A stretch of DNA of 64,000 nucleotides from NCBI GenBank assembly GCA_002436065.1, contig DIXP01000022.1, positions 63,172-127,171 of the forward strand. Reading direction: 5' to 3'. This DNA is from Chloroflexi bacterium UBA6077. Lineage in GTDB: Bacteria > Chloroflexota > UBA6077. Numbering within the stretch: position 1 is the stretch's first letter; every line of letters starts with the position of its first letter. Positions 10,201 to 18,365 of the stretch are shown here, piece by piece. Under the pieces are notes generated by a model. The model was not told the DNA's origin. It ran no database searches and saw only the letters and a program-made list of their open reading frames with translations. The position numbers were made by a program, and so were the translations under genes.

Positions 10201-10625
10201 GGAACCCTTTGCCGGACGCCGGCATTGTCGAGCGGAAGAGGGTTGAGGACTGGTTGAGTGGCAATTCCGACCAGCGGCCGGGCAGTGCGGAGATCATCAG
10301 CTACGACTCGACCGAGGTTGAGATCAGGACCAAGAGCACTCGTAATGCTGTGCTGTTCATGTCTGACAGCCACTACCCAGGGTGGAAGGCGCAGGTTGAT
10401 GGGCAGGAAGAGCAGGTGTACAGGGCCAACTACCTCTTCCGAGCCGTTCTGGTGCCGGCCGGCGAACACCGGGTCCGCTTCGTCTTCGAGCCTGAGAGCT
10501 TTGCCATAGGCGCCGACATCTCGCGCTTCACCCTGTCCACACTACTCATCTTCTGGGGCGTCATGCTCGTCGGCGTACCGCTGTCCGTCTGGACATGGCG
10601 CCGCCGGCAAGAGGCTTTGAGGTGA
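7200..10625 (+). CDS. YfhO-family polytopic membrane protein (putative glycosyl/glycopolymer transferase)
   Basis: 1141 aa with many TM segments in the first ~650 aa. The C-terminal SDSHYPGWKAQVDGQEEQVYRANYLFRAVLVPAGEHRVRFVFEP is the characteristic YfhO-type tail. Confidence 0.7.
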   Translation: MAQHPSLITRIPWRLLISAFWTVVAIGFMLACVLILFWNGLDGGLVYSRADTVTYYFPIANRLADVLREGHLLLWTRTIFGGFPLFADGEAGMLYPPNLIAYLLLPEESAILWLRVARFFMAALFTYCYLVSLRLSRFAAVAGALTYAFGSFTVTQMHHTNVGNTAIWLPLTLCMVELALRSVRRMRWVYATFAGVSVGIQALGLHIQPLLMSGLFLAVYLPFRVLLCPIAWPVKGKTGATRPSRLKLRLATALGALVSLPGRALAPYTERLRQGFVAWNSRPWEWPGGDWPFAHRARDGESLDSLSPPGPRMLEGARKTGSRKLVDRWIVQGRQWVWRLAFHLRDDLPHLLVWARRWGAGFLVKGFHRTVLALLLVGMIPAIAFGLSAVQVIPLVELGMFSFRGAGVNIQFATTYSLPMHNLVNLLFPYFFRYTNRFYWSLWSEWETTLYVGIVGLALAGVALIFVRNRMVLFFGAATVASTLLAMGSYSPYPLYDMLWSLPGFSSLRVPGRFSMLVTFCLAVLAAYGLDWLCRTLRSVRADLPASRWKRLSRSMSVNGFGLYLLALLVAMALVVWWMMGLRLWIEKEPWAVKQWIEQGYLALRSARPWLTSDMVLSFLNYTLDPTNEKTAISLALMLGTFLLLFCWFAYRRLWRVWASLVVVLVAVDLLLFSLDFHPSVPMSQLANPDATAQWLMAQNSDGLTRIYTSRDVRKTEANKLLPFQVADITGYSSLQTTRHLNYMSVLNEYDKPLLDLANIRFVIVPKRLTALPSFEYTSYHPQKPLADGPRSNRGAHVTFYLNPPRKADEVNFIANLRDAVDIPQGAEVADIVVTDTQGERVTLKVRAGIDTGEWAWDRPDVTPLMGHKKARVADKQWVTDKEGRRYEANLYHGELKLDKTRTVASVEYHYNYPRGAGRLYGMMLWENPNTAHQIVGRDRFVPRYEDDEVQILENPSRLPRAFLVPTARIVNRYDMMDTMANGDFDPEKVVLLETADPTRRNPLPDAGIVERKRVEDWLSGNSDQRPGSAEIISYDSTEVEIRTKSTRNAVLFMSDSHYPGWKAQVDGQEEQVYRANYLFRAVLVPAGEHRVRFVFEPESFAIGADISRFTLSTLLIFWGVMLVGVPLSVWTWRRRQEALR

Positions 10626-12664
10626 ATCATCAATTGACCATTAAGACACGTACTCTACTCCTTCTAGCTCTGACTCTTCTCTCGATCTTGCTCTCCTCCT
10701 GCGCCGGCAAACCTTCGCCCTACACGGTGATGGGACCCTATCTGAAGGCGTGGGAGGAGCAGCGATACGGCGACATGTACGACCTCCTCTCCAGCCAGGC
10801 CCAGGCGGGGATCTTGCGTGAGCGCTTCGTACAGCGCTACACGGCCATCAGCGAGGGAAGCACCATACTTTCAGTGAAGACCGCTTTCACGGTGGATGAA
10901 CAGCTGGCCAAGGCGGAGACGGCTACCGTCCTGCCCTTCAACGTCGTGATGGCTACCACCAGGGTGGGGGAGATACGGGAGGACAACCAGTTGCCGGTGG
11001 TTTACGAGGGGGAGCAGTGGAGGGTGAACTGGAGTCCCTCCCTGATCTTCAGGGATCTCACCGGTGACAATCGGGTCCTCTTCGAGCCCGAGGAGCCGTT
11101 GCGAGGCTCCATCTTCGATCGAAAGGGGCGCCCCCTCGCTACCAAGGGAAAGGTGGTGTCCGTGGGCGTGGTGCCAGGGCAGATCGAGGACGAGGCGAAG
11201 CTGCTGGCAGCCCTGGAGGAGCAGTTGAAGATCACCCCCGCGGGGGCGAAGCGGGCCTACCAGGATGCCCAGCCCGACTGGTTCGTTCCCCTGGTCGATC
11301 TGGCGACAACGGAGGCAGCGGTCCTGCGTCCGAAACTGGAGCCGATTCCGGGGATCCTCCTGCGAGAGAAGGCTGCCAGGGTCTACCCCGCGGGGATGAC
11401 GGCCTGCCATGTGGTGGGGTACCTCAGCCCTATTACGGCCGAGGAGCTGAAGACCCTGGGCCCGAAGGGCTATGGGGAGGAGGACCTGATCGGTCGGGCG
11501 GGCATCGAGGGGTGGGGCGAGGAGGTGCTGGCCGGCGAGCGGGGCGGGAAGCTGAGCGTGGTCGATCCCCAGGGCGATCCGGTGAAGGTGATCGCCCACA
11601 AGCCCGCGAGGGACGGGAAGGACATCCACCTGACCCTGGATCTGGATCTCCAGAAGCTGGCAGAGGATGCCCTGGAGGCGCAGGGTGGGAGCGTGGTGAT
11701 GCTGGACATCCAGACCAACGGTATCCTGGCGCTGGCCAGCTACCCTCGCTTCGACCCCAATAAGTTCGTCACCGGCTTCTCCAGCGCCGAGTGGAAGGCT
11801 CTGAACGAGGATAAACTCCACCCATTCCAGAATCGCCCCGTCGCGAGCGCCTACCCCATAGGGTCCGTCTTCAAGGTGGTTACCATGGCCGCCGGACTTG
11901 AGAAGGGCGGCTTCACCCCGAGCAGCTCCTTCGACTGCAACGGTCGCTGGGAGGTGCCGGGCAGTGGCAGGATCATGGGGGATTGGGTGCCGCAGGGGCA
12001 CGGCCACCTGGATCTGTTCCAGGGGCTGGTGCAGTCCTGCAACATAGTGTTCTACGAGCTGGGCAAGAAGCTGGATTCCCTCGATCGGGGCATCCTGCCC
12101 AGCTTTGCCCGAGGCTTCGGCTTCGGCCAGGTCACGGGGCTGGTGGGGCTGGATGAGGTGGGTGGGTTGGTGCCCGACCCGGCCTGGAAGCAGGCTAACC
12201 AGAGCGACAGCTGGTATCTCGGGGACAGTGCCAACCTGGCCATCGGCCAGGGCTTCTTCCTCGCGACGCCGCTCCAGGTGGCCAACGCCTACGCCGCGAT
12301 CGCTCGCGGTGGCGCGCTCCAAACGGCTGTTCTTGTGGCCAAGCAGGGTGACCAGAGTTTTCAGGCCCAGTCGAAGGGGAATCTGCCCCTCTCCGCGACC
12401 AATCTGGATGTGATCCGGCAGGCGATGCACGGCGTGGTCTCGGACCCGAATGGGACGGCGGTTTACGCCTTCCGCGGCTCCAACCTCTCGCTGGCGGCCA
12501 AGACCGGCTCGGCCGAGGCGGGAGGACCGGACTCCCACGCCTGGTTCGCCGCCTATGCCCCCTACGAGCATCCCGAGATCGCACTGGTGGTGATGGTGGA
12601 GGAGAAGGGCCACGGTGCCGAGGTAGCTGCCCCCGTGGCCCGGAAGATCCTGGATAAGAGGTAG
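10595..12664 (+). CDS. penicillin-binding protein 2-type D,D-transpeptidase with N-terminal NTF2-like (MecA_N-type) domain
   Basis: SVFK (SxxK), SCN (SxN) and KTGSAE (KTG) motifs. Lipoprotein-like signal LLSILLSSCAG. The start is uncertain; an in-frame GTG at 10622 is an alternative. Confidence 0.85.
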   Translation: MAPPARGFEVNHQLTIKTRTLLLLALTLLSILLSSCAGKPSPYTVMGPYLKAWEEQRYGDMYDLLSSQAQAGILRERFVQRYTAISEGSTILSVKTAFTVDEQLAKAETATVLPFNVVMATTRVGEIREDNQLPVVYEGEQWRVNWSPSLIFRDLTGDNRVLFEPEEPLRGSIFDRKGRPLATKGKVVSVGVVPGQIEDEAKLLAALEEQLKITPAGAKRAYQDAQPDWFVPLVDLATTEAAVLRPKLEPIPGILLREKAARVYPAGMTACHVVGYLSPITAEELKTLGPKGYGEEDLIGRAGIEGWGEEVLAGERGGKLSVVDPQGDPVKVIAHKPARDGKDIHLTLDLDLQKLAEDALEAQGGSVVMLDIQTNGILALASYPRFDPNKFVTGFSSAEWKALNEDKLHPFQNRPVASAYPIGSVFKVVTMAAGLEKGGFTPSSSFDCNGRWEVPGSGRIMGDWVPQGHGHLDLFQGLVQSCNIVFYELGKKLDSLDRGILPSFARGFGFGQVTGLVGLDEVGGLVPDPAWKQANQSDSWYLGDSANLAIGQGFFLATPLQVANAYAAIARGGALQTAVLVAKQGDQSFQAQSKGNLPLSATNLDVIRQAMHGVVSDPNGTAVYAFRGSNLSLAAKTGSAEAGGPDSHAWFAAYAPYEHPEIALVVMVEEKGHGAEVAAPVARKILDKR

Positions 12665-12670
12665 CTCCTT

Positions 12671-13354
12671 CTACTTGCGGTAGCGGTTGTTGTAGAGGGC
12701 TGGGTCATGGAGTGCGCGACGGTTGGGGCAGGATGGGCGCGGGCACAGCATGCAGTTCTCGTAGCTCTCGGTGCCTGAAAAGTAGATGCCCGATGTCGTC
12801 TTGGTCGGCAGCATCAGCATGCTCTCTGTGAGGCGCACCCCCACCGTGAACTCCGTGTCGCCCAACAGTCGGAAGAGCGGTTGCTGCTCCTCAATAGGCC
12901 AGTCTGGCAAGGAGCCAGGGCCCATACGGTACACCTCTCCTGGCTGATATCTCTCCTGTAGGTAGTCCACGAAGGCATTTCTGGCGTTGCGTATAGCCAT
13001 TTGGCAGATGTTGTCGGCCCAGAAGCGCTCGAGCAGGTCGCTATAGCCCTGTGTCCATCGATCCAACTCCAGACCGCAAGTGGCGACGTACGGGAAGACC
13101 CGGTTGGTGTTCTGGAGGTTGACCACCATCACCCGACTGTTGAACCTGACCCCATCCACCACCACATAGTCATCGCCGCGCTCGTCGATGAAGGCCACCC
13201 CACCCAGCGCTTTGGGCCTGCCTATCGACTCTGCTTCGCGCACGAGCTTCCGCAGTTCATCTGCCCTCGTGGAGTCTTCGGCTATGCGCAGCCGCTTGAG
13301 CAGCTCCCCCATCGGCAGTTGCGACGGGACGTTGTCAATTATCACAGCTTGCAC
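12671..13354 (-). CDS. stand-alone methionine-synthase activation-domain-like (Met_synt_B12) protein
   Basis: ORF 12671..13525. GPGSLPDWPIEEQQPLFRLLG...VGVRLTESMLMLPTKTTSGIYF resembles the MetH reactivation domain (RPGYPxxPD...LTES..M.P..SVSG.YF). A GTG at 13354 preceded by AGGGAGA is the probable start. Confidence 0.65.
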   Translation of the reverse strand: MQAVIIDNVPSQLPMGELLKRLRIAEDSTRADELRKLVREAESIGRPKALGGVAFIDERGDDYVVVDGVRFNSRVMVVNLQNTNRVFPYVATCGLELDRWTQGYSDLLERFWADNICQMAIRNARNAFVDYLQERYQPGEVYRMGPGSLPDWPIEEQQPLFRLLGDTEFTVGVRLTESMLMLPTKTTSGIYFSGTESYENCMLCPRPSCPNRRALHDPALYNNRYRK

Positions 13355-13607
13355 GGTCGTCTCCCTGATGCTGATTTTGTGAGCCGGCTTGGGGGTTGAG
13401 GAGACTATTCGACGATCGAGAGCCCGCCGCCTCCCCTGTATTCTACTACTACTGTTCACAGGCCAGCCACCAACTCTGGAGGGTGCCCGACCCCATATTT
13501 GCCTCATAGGCATTGTAGATGGCACAATCTATCTCAGCAAGCCATCATCTCGTAGAGTAGGGTATTGAGCTGGAAGCCTTCGGACTGTTCGGGTTAGTAC
13601 AACGCAT

Positions 13608-14588
13608 ATGCCTGGAAGGGCGATAGAAAAACAAATGGGGGACCGGAGACTGTCAGCACCAGATACTCAGCACTCGGGACCGGTTGCCAGCACCCGCTAC
13701 CCGAAGGGGAAGCGCCACAGGCGATCGCCTCAGTTCGTTCATCCCAGCGAGGAGGAGTTCGCCCGCTTCCTGGACTTCTACAGGATCGAGTGGATCTACG
13801 AGCCCCAGTCATTCCCGCTCAAGTGGGATGGCGACCGGGTGACGGAGATGCTCACCCCCGACTTCTACCTGCCGGGTCTCGATCTCTACGTGGAACTGAC
13901 CACGATGAAGCAGAGTCTGGTGACCAAGAAGAATCGCAAACTGCGGGAACTACGGGAGCTGTACCCCGGCACCAACATCCGGCTGCTCTACCGGAAGGAC
14001 TACCAGAGCCTGCTGGCGAAGTACGGCTACCGAGCCATCACCCCCACTACCCTGGATAGCATCGACCACATACTGTTCAGCGCCGACGAGATCCAGAAGA
14101 GGGTGCGGGCGCTTGCGGCGGAGATCTCAAGGGACTATGCGGGCGAGGAGGTCCGGGTAGTTGGGATCCTGAAGGGGGTGGCCTTCTTCATGACCGACCT
14201 GACGAGGCGCATTGATCTCCCGGTCTCCACCGACTACATGTTCATCACGAAGTATCAGCGCAATGGCTCCGAATCCGAGGCCGTGCGAATCCTCAAGGAC
14301 CTGGACCATTCTATTCAGGGTCGCCACGTGCTGCTGGTGGAGGACATCGTGGACACGGGGATCACCTTACGGTACATCCTCAGCTACCTGCGTGCCCGGA
14401 AGCCGGCCAGTCTGAAGGTGTGCACCCTGCTTGACCGCCGGGCCCGACGGCTGGTGGAGCAGCCGCTGGATTACGTTGGCTTCGAGGTCCCCGATGAGTA
14501 TATGGTGGGCTACGGCTTGGACCATCGGGAGATGTATCGCAATCTGCCCTACCTCTGCGTCCTGAAGCCCGAGGCGTACAGGGGTTAG
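13608..14588 (+). CDS. hpt: hypoxanthine phosphoribosyltransferase fused to an uncharacterised ~145-aa N-terminal domain
   Basis: The C-terminal 180 aa is canonical HPRT (ILFSADEIQKRV, VVGILKGVAFFMTDL, LLVEDIVDTGITL PRPP loop, GYGLD). No in-frame ATG/GTG/TTG lies near the HPRT domain start, so the N-terminal extension is translationally fused. Confidence 0.85.
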   Translation: MPGRAIEKQMGDRRLSAPDTQHSGPVASTRYPKGKRHRRSPQFVHPSEEEFARFLDFYRIEWIYEPQSFPLKWDGDRVTEMLTPDFYLPGLDLYVELTTMKQSLVTKKNRKLRELRELYPGTNIRLLYRKDYQSLLAKYGYRAITPTTLDSIDHILFSADEIQKRVRALAAEISRDYAGEEVRVVGILKGVAFFMTDLTRRIDLPVSTDYMFITKYQRNGSESEAVRILKDLDHSIQGRHVLLVEDIVDTGITLRYILSYLRARKPASLKVCTLLDRRARRLVEQPLDYVGFEVPDEYMVGYGLDHREMYRNLPYLCVLKPEAYRG

Positions 14589-14596
14589 CTCCCGGC

Positions 14597-15151
14597 TCAG
14601 AATTCCACACCCTTCTGGGCAACTACTCCATTCTCGTACGCGTGCTTCACCATTCGCATCTCGGTAACCAGGTCTGCTGCCTCAACAACTTCTGGTGCGG
14701 CACCGCGCCCGGTGAGAACTAGGTGAACTTTCGGATGCTTCTCCTGAATAAGGGCAAGGATTTGTTCGTTGGTAATCAGCTTTGCTTTGACTGCCCCCAA
14801 CACCTCGTCGAGAATCACCAAACGGTATTCCCCAGAACTCACCTTGGTCTTTGCCAACGCCAGGGCTTCCTGGGCCGCATGATGATGCTCCTCAGGAGTA
14901 GCGCGGTTCCACGGGCCCATAGTGAAACCGTGGCCGGTGGTCGTCCATTCGATGTAGGGTGTGAGCTGTTTGGCTGTCTCTTCCTCTCCAGTACACATTG
15001 TGCCCTTGATGAATTGAATGACTGCAACTTTGAACCGGTGCCCCACGGCTCTCATAACCATACCCAAAGCTGCCGTAGTCTTGCCCTTGCCATCACCAGT
15101 AAATACCAGAACCAATCCCTTGGTCTTTGGCGTAGCCTGCGCGGGTGTCAC
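14597..15151 (-). CDS. cobO: ATP:cob(I)alamin adenosyltransferase (CobA/CobO/BtuR type)
   Basis: 184 aa. KGLVLVFTGDGKGKTTAALGMVMRAVGHRFKVAVIQFIKG and LVILDE are diagnostic of the CobA/BtuR family. Confidence 0.85.
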   Translation of the reverse strand: MTPAQATPKTKGLVLVFTGDGKGKTTAALGMVMRAVGHRFKVAVIQFIKGTMCTGEEETAKQLTPYIEWTTTGHGFTMGPWNRATPEEHHHAAQEALALAKTKVSSGEYRLVILDEVLGAVKAKLITNEQILALIQEKHPKVHLVLTGRGAAPEVVEAADLVTEMRMVKHAYENGVVAQKGVEF

Positions 15152-15232
15152 AGTTGCTCTCCTTGGCTAGCTAGAGCCAGAGTCGATAGCCCGAAGTGAT
15201 CCATATAGAGTCGAGAGTAGATGGATGTGGAC

Positions 15233-16414
15233 TTAGGCTATTGCACTCTCAGCCCTAAGCTGGGTTACCCTTTCGTTAGAGTATCCGAGGAGTTCAGTTA
15301 AGATCTCATTAGTATGTTCACCAAGCTGGGGTGGAGCGCTACGGATCGCCGTCCCTGCTTTGGCAAAGCGGTAGGGCATTTCTATGGCGTTTACTGGCCC
15401 GGTGTTGGGGTGAAACATCGTTTTCACCACTTCCCGTGCCATCACGTGAGGATTCTCTAGGGCACGGTCTATCGTATTCACCGGTCCTGCAGGAATGCCT
15501 GCTTCATCGAAGATCTTATCCCATTCATCTGCGGTTTTAGTGCAAAGCTGCGCGCTAATCATGGCGTTGACTCGATCCCGATTCGCCACCCGCTGGGCCA
15601 TTGAATTGAAATCAGGGTCGTCAGCCATCTCGGGCGTAGCCAACAGCTCACAAAACTTGGGCCATTGGCGGTCGTTGACTTGGATGTGGATATATCGACC
15701 ATCGCTGGTTGGATAGTTGGCGCTGGGGACCCGCAAGGGGTGTTCTGAACCTAAACAAGTTGGAATCTCTCCGGTAAAGAAGTAGATGCCGGCAAACATC
15801 GTCATCATCGCCAGGGTGCTGTCTAACATGCTCAATTCTATATACTGGCCTTGGCCGGTTTTTTCACGTCGGTACAGACTAGTAACTATGGAGAAGGCGC
15901 CTAACGATCCACTGAATATGTCGGTAACAGGAACTCCGCACTTCACGGGCTCGCCATCTCGGGGGCCCGTCACGCTCATGAGGCCTGACATTGCCTGAAG
16001 AATGGGATCGTAGGCTCTCCTATCGCGGTACGGCCCGCTCTCGCCGAATCCGGTTATAGAACAGTAGACTATCGATGGGTTGATTGCGGCGAGGGTTTGG
16101 TAGTCGACACCCAGCCTCTGGGGTACACCGGGACCGAAGTTGAGAACTACTACATCAGACTGTCTGGTGAGATCCCATACGGTCTGCTTACCGCCTTCCG
16201 TTTTCAGGTTGATCGCGATACTTCGCTTGCTCCGGTTGACAGAGAAGAAATATCCACTTTCCCCGTTTTTCATTGGAGGGGTTCCTCGTAACTCGTCGCC
16301 GACAAGATCCTCCACTTTGATGACGTTGGCTCCTAACTCGGCCAGCATCATCGTACAATAAGGGCCGGCCAGCACGCGGGTGAGGTCCAGAACTCGTATT
16401 CCAGATAGAGACAT
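15233..16414 (-). CDS. family III (CaiB/BaiF/Frc-type) acyl-CoA transferase, copy A
   Basis: 393 aa. IRVLDLTRVLAGPYCTMMLAELGANVIKVE, FFSVNRSKRS and DPILQAMSGLMSVTG match the family. About two-thirds identical by eye to 45499..46683. Confidence 0.85.
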   Translation of the reverse strand: MSLSGIRVLDLTRVLAGPYCTMMLAELGANVIKVEDLVGDELRGTPPMKNGESGYFFSVNRSKRSIAINLKTEGGKQTVWDLTRQSDVVVLNFGPGVPQRLGVDYQTLAAINPSIVYCSITGFGESGPYRDRRAYDPILQAMSGLMSVTGPRDGEPVKCGVPVTDIFSGSLGAFSIVTSLYRREKTGQGQYIELSMLDSTLAMMTMFAGIYFFTGEIPTCLGSEHPLRVPSANYPTSDGRYIHIQVNDRQWPKFCELLATPEMADDPDFNSMAQRVANRDRVNAMISAQLCTKTADEWDKIFDEAGIPAGPVNTIDRALENPHVMAREVVKTMFHPNTGPVNAIEMPYRFAKAGTAIRSAPPQLGEHTNEILTELLGYSNERVTQLRAESAIA

Positions 16415-16613
16415 GACAGATAGACCTCTCGTCGATAGATATCACCTGAGGGTGGTAAGAACGCCTAATGGAGCCCGACATAGCCGCGACGCGGCGCTAA
16501 GCTCGTGTCACGTGCGCAGAAACAATCTACCTCTTCCAGTGTGTCGGTAGGCTTTCTAAGTAAACAGGGCCGCACGACGAGTCCCGCGCAGCCCTGTTTT
16601 GACCAACTGGCCG

Positions 16614-17408
16614 TTAGCGCCCCTTCCAGATAGGAGCACGCTTTTCCTGGAAGGCCTTTATACCCTCGATAGCGTCTTCACTCGCCTCTAGCTTGTGGAA
16701 CATCAACTCGGCGATGTTATAAGCGTCATCAGACCTCAGATGGAGTGTTCGAAGAGTTACCTCCTTCATAGCCCGAAGCGCTAGTGGCGCATTGGCCAGC
16801 AGTTTATGGGCGTAAGCGAGCGATGCGGACATAGCTTCGCCATCTGGAACCACCTTGTTGACTAATGAGAGATCGTAGGCCTGTTGGGCCGTGATGAGAT
16901 CACCGGTCAACAAGACCTCGAAAGCTTTATTGAGTGGGACGCTACGCGCGAGCATGGTAGGCCCACTGATGGAAGACAGACCTCGCTTCACCTGTGGCCA
17001 TCCGAAAGTGGCCTTCTCGCTGGCGACTCTAATGTCGGAGTTTAGGGCGAGGGCACACCCCTGGGCGAGGCAGTAACCGTTTACAGCCGAGATCATTGGC
17101 TTATAGATGCTGTTCAGAAGACGGTAGAGATCCTGGTGGCTTGGACCCCCTGGAGTCTTATCCAACAGATCATGGCCGGAGCTGAAGGCCGGTCCTCGGC
17201 CCGTAATTATTGCCACCCATAGATCCGGATTGTTGTTGAATTCGGAGAGTGTCTCGTAGAGACGAGTCCGGAGCGCCGCGTTGAGAGCATTCCGCTTCTC
17301 AGGACGATTAAGAGTCAGAATCGCCAGGTGCCCATCAACTTCATACAGTAGCACGTCCTGTCCGCTGGTTGGCGTAGGAGTGGCTGTTGCAGCGTTGTTA
17401 GCCTCCAT
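16614..17408 (-). CDS. enoyl-CoA hydratase/isomerase (crotonase superfamily), copy A1
   Basis: 264 aa. LTLNRPEKRNALN, ITGRGPAFSSGHDL, AVNGYCLAQGCALAL and FGWPQVKRGL match the family. Paralogue of 46720..47514. Confidence 0.85.
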   Translation of the reverse strand: MEANNAATATPTPTSGQDVLLYEVDGHLAILTLNRPEKRNALNAALRTRLYETLSEFNNNPDLWVAIITGRGPAFSSGHDLLDKTPGGPSHQDLYRLLNSIYKPMISAVNGYCLAQGCALALNSDIRVASEKATFGWPQVKRGLSSISGPTMLARSVPLNKAFEVLLTGDLITAQQAYDLSLVNKVVPDGEAMSASLAYAHKLLANAPLALRAMKEVTLRTLHLRSDDAYNIAELMFHKLEASEDAIEGIKAFQEKRAPIWKGR

Positions 17409-17428
17409 TGTTTTCCTCCATCATTATT

Positions 17429-17449
17429 TGCATCAATTTATATGATGCA
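17429..17449 (-). promoter_or_regulatory. AT-rich inverted repeat TGCATCA-N7-TGATGCA, candidate internal operator/promoter
   Basis: Perfect 7-bp arms around tataaat (minus strand), about 20 nt upstream of the GGAGG RBS of the crotonase starting at 17408. Confidence 0.3.
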
Positions 17450-17512
17450 TGCGACAGACCTTCCCCAGGTCTCTCTAGATGTCTGTTTCAACTCTTTGTA
17501 GGTAGTGGGTAC

Positions 17513-18304
17513 CTACTTACCGATGAACTCTGGTTCGCGCTTTTCGATGAAAGCGGCCATGCCCACCTTTTGGTCCTGAGTCGAGAAGCACAAAGCAAAG
17601 AGGTCGACTTCCACTTCACAAGCAGACTCAGTATCAAGGAACATCGATTTGTTCATTGACCGCTTGGCCCCGGCTATGGCGAAAGGCGCCATCTTCGCCA
17701 CGGTTGTCGCCACCTTCATGGCCTCTTCTTGGAGCTGTTCGGCAGGAACCACGGCGCTGACCAGACCCAGCCGTAGGGCTTCTTCCGGGAATATGCGCCT
17801 TCCGGTCAGGATCATCTCCCTTGCGGCCCCCTGGCCCACGATTCGGTGGAGTCTCACTGTTGCACCCCATCCGGGCAGTATCCCAAGTCCTACCTCTGGC
17901 TGCCCGAAGCGAGACTTATCGCTGGCTATGCGGATGTCACAGGCGCACGCCAACTCACATCCCCCACCCAAGGCAACCCCGTTGATGGCAGCGATCACCG
18001 GCTTGTCTATCCATTCGATGAGCTGCAGGAGCTTGTGCCCTCTCCAGGAGAACTCCCTGGCATCAGTAGGCGCCATAGCACTCATCGACTTAATATCGGC
18101 TCCCGCAATGAACGCTCGCTCGCCTACACCGGTAAAGATCACCGCCCGCACTTCCGAATCTCTTGCAGCAGTCTGAAACGCTTCTATGAGATCGTCAATG
18201 ATCGCCGGGTTAAGGGCGTTGTAGGCCTCGGGCCTATCGATGGTTATCCGGAGGACATGCTCGAGTTTCTCCAGCTTGATTTGCCCCGTTTTCATCTTCA
18301 CCAT
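17513..18304 (-). CDS. short-chain enoyl-CoA hydratase (crotonase), copy A2
   Basis: 263 aa. ITIDRPEAYNALN, FTGVGERAFIAGADI, AINGVALGGGCELACACD and FGQPEVGLGILPGWG match the family. Paralogue of 48581..49366. Confidence 0.85.
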   Translation of the reverse strand: MVKMKTGQIKLEKLEHVLRITIDRPEAYNALNPAIIDDLIEAFQTAARDSEVRAVIFTGVGERAFIAGADIKSMSAMAPTDAREFSWRGHKLLQLIEWIDKPVIAAINGVALGGGCELACACDIRIASDKSRFGQPEVGLGILPGWGATVRLHRIVGQGAAREMILTGRRIFPEEALRLGLVSAVVPAEQLQEEAMKVATTVAKMAPFAIAGAKRSMNKSMFLDTESACEVEVDLFALCFSTQDQKVGMAAFIEKREPEFIGK

Positions 18305-18365
18305 CTCCTACGTTTCTTGTGTATATGACTTGGCAAATACGGTGGCGTTCCTCTTCTGCATTGCG

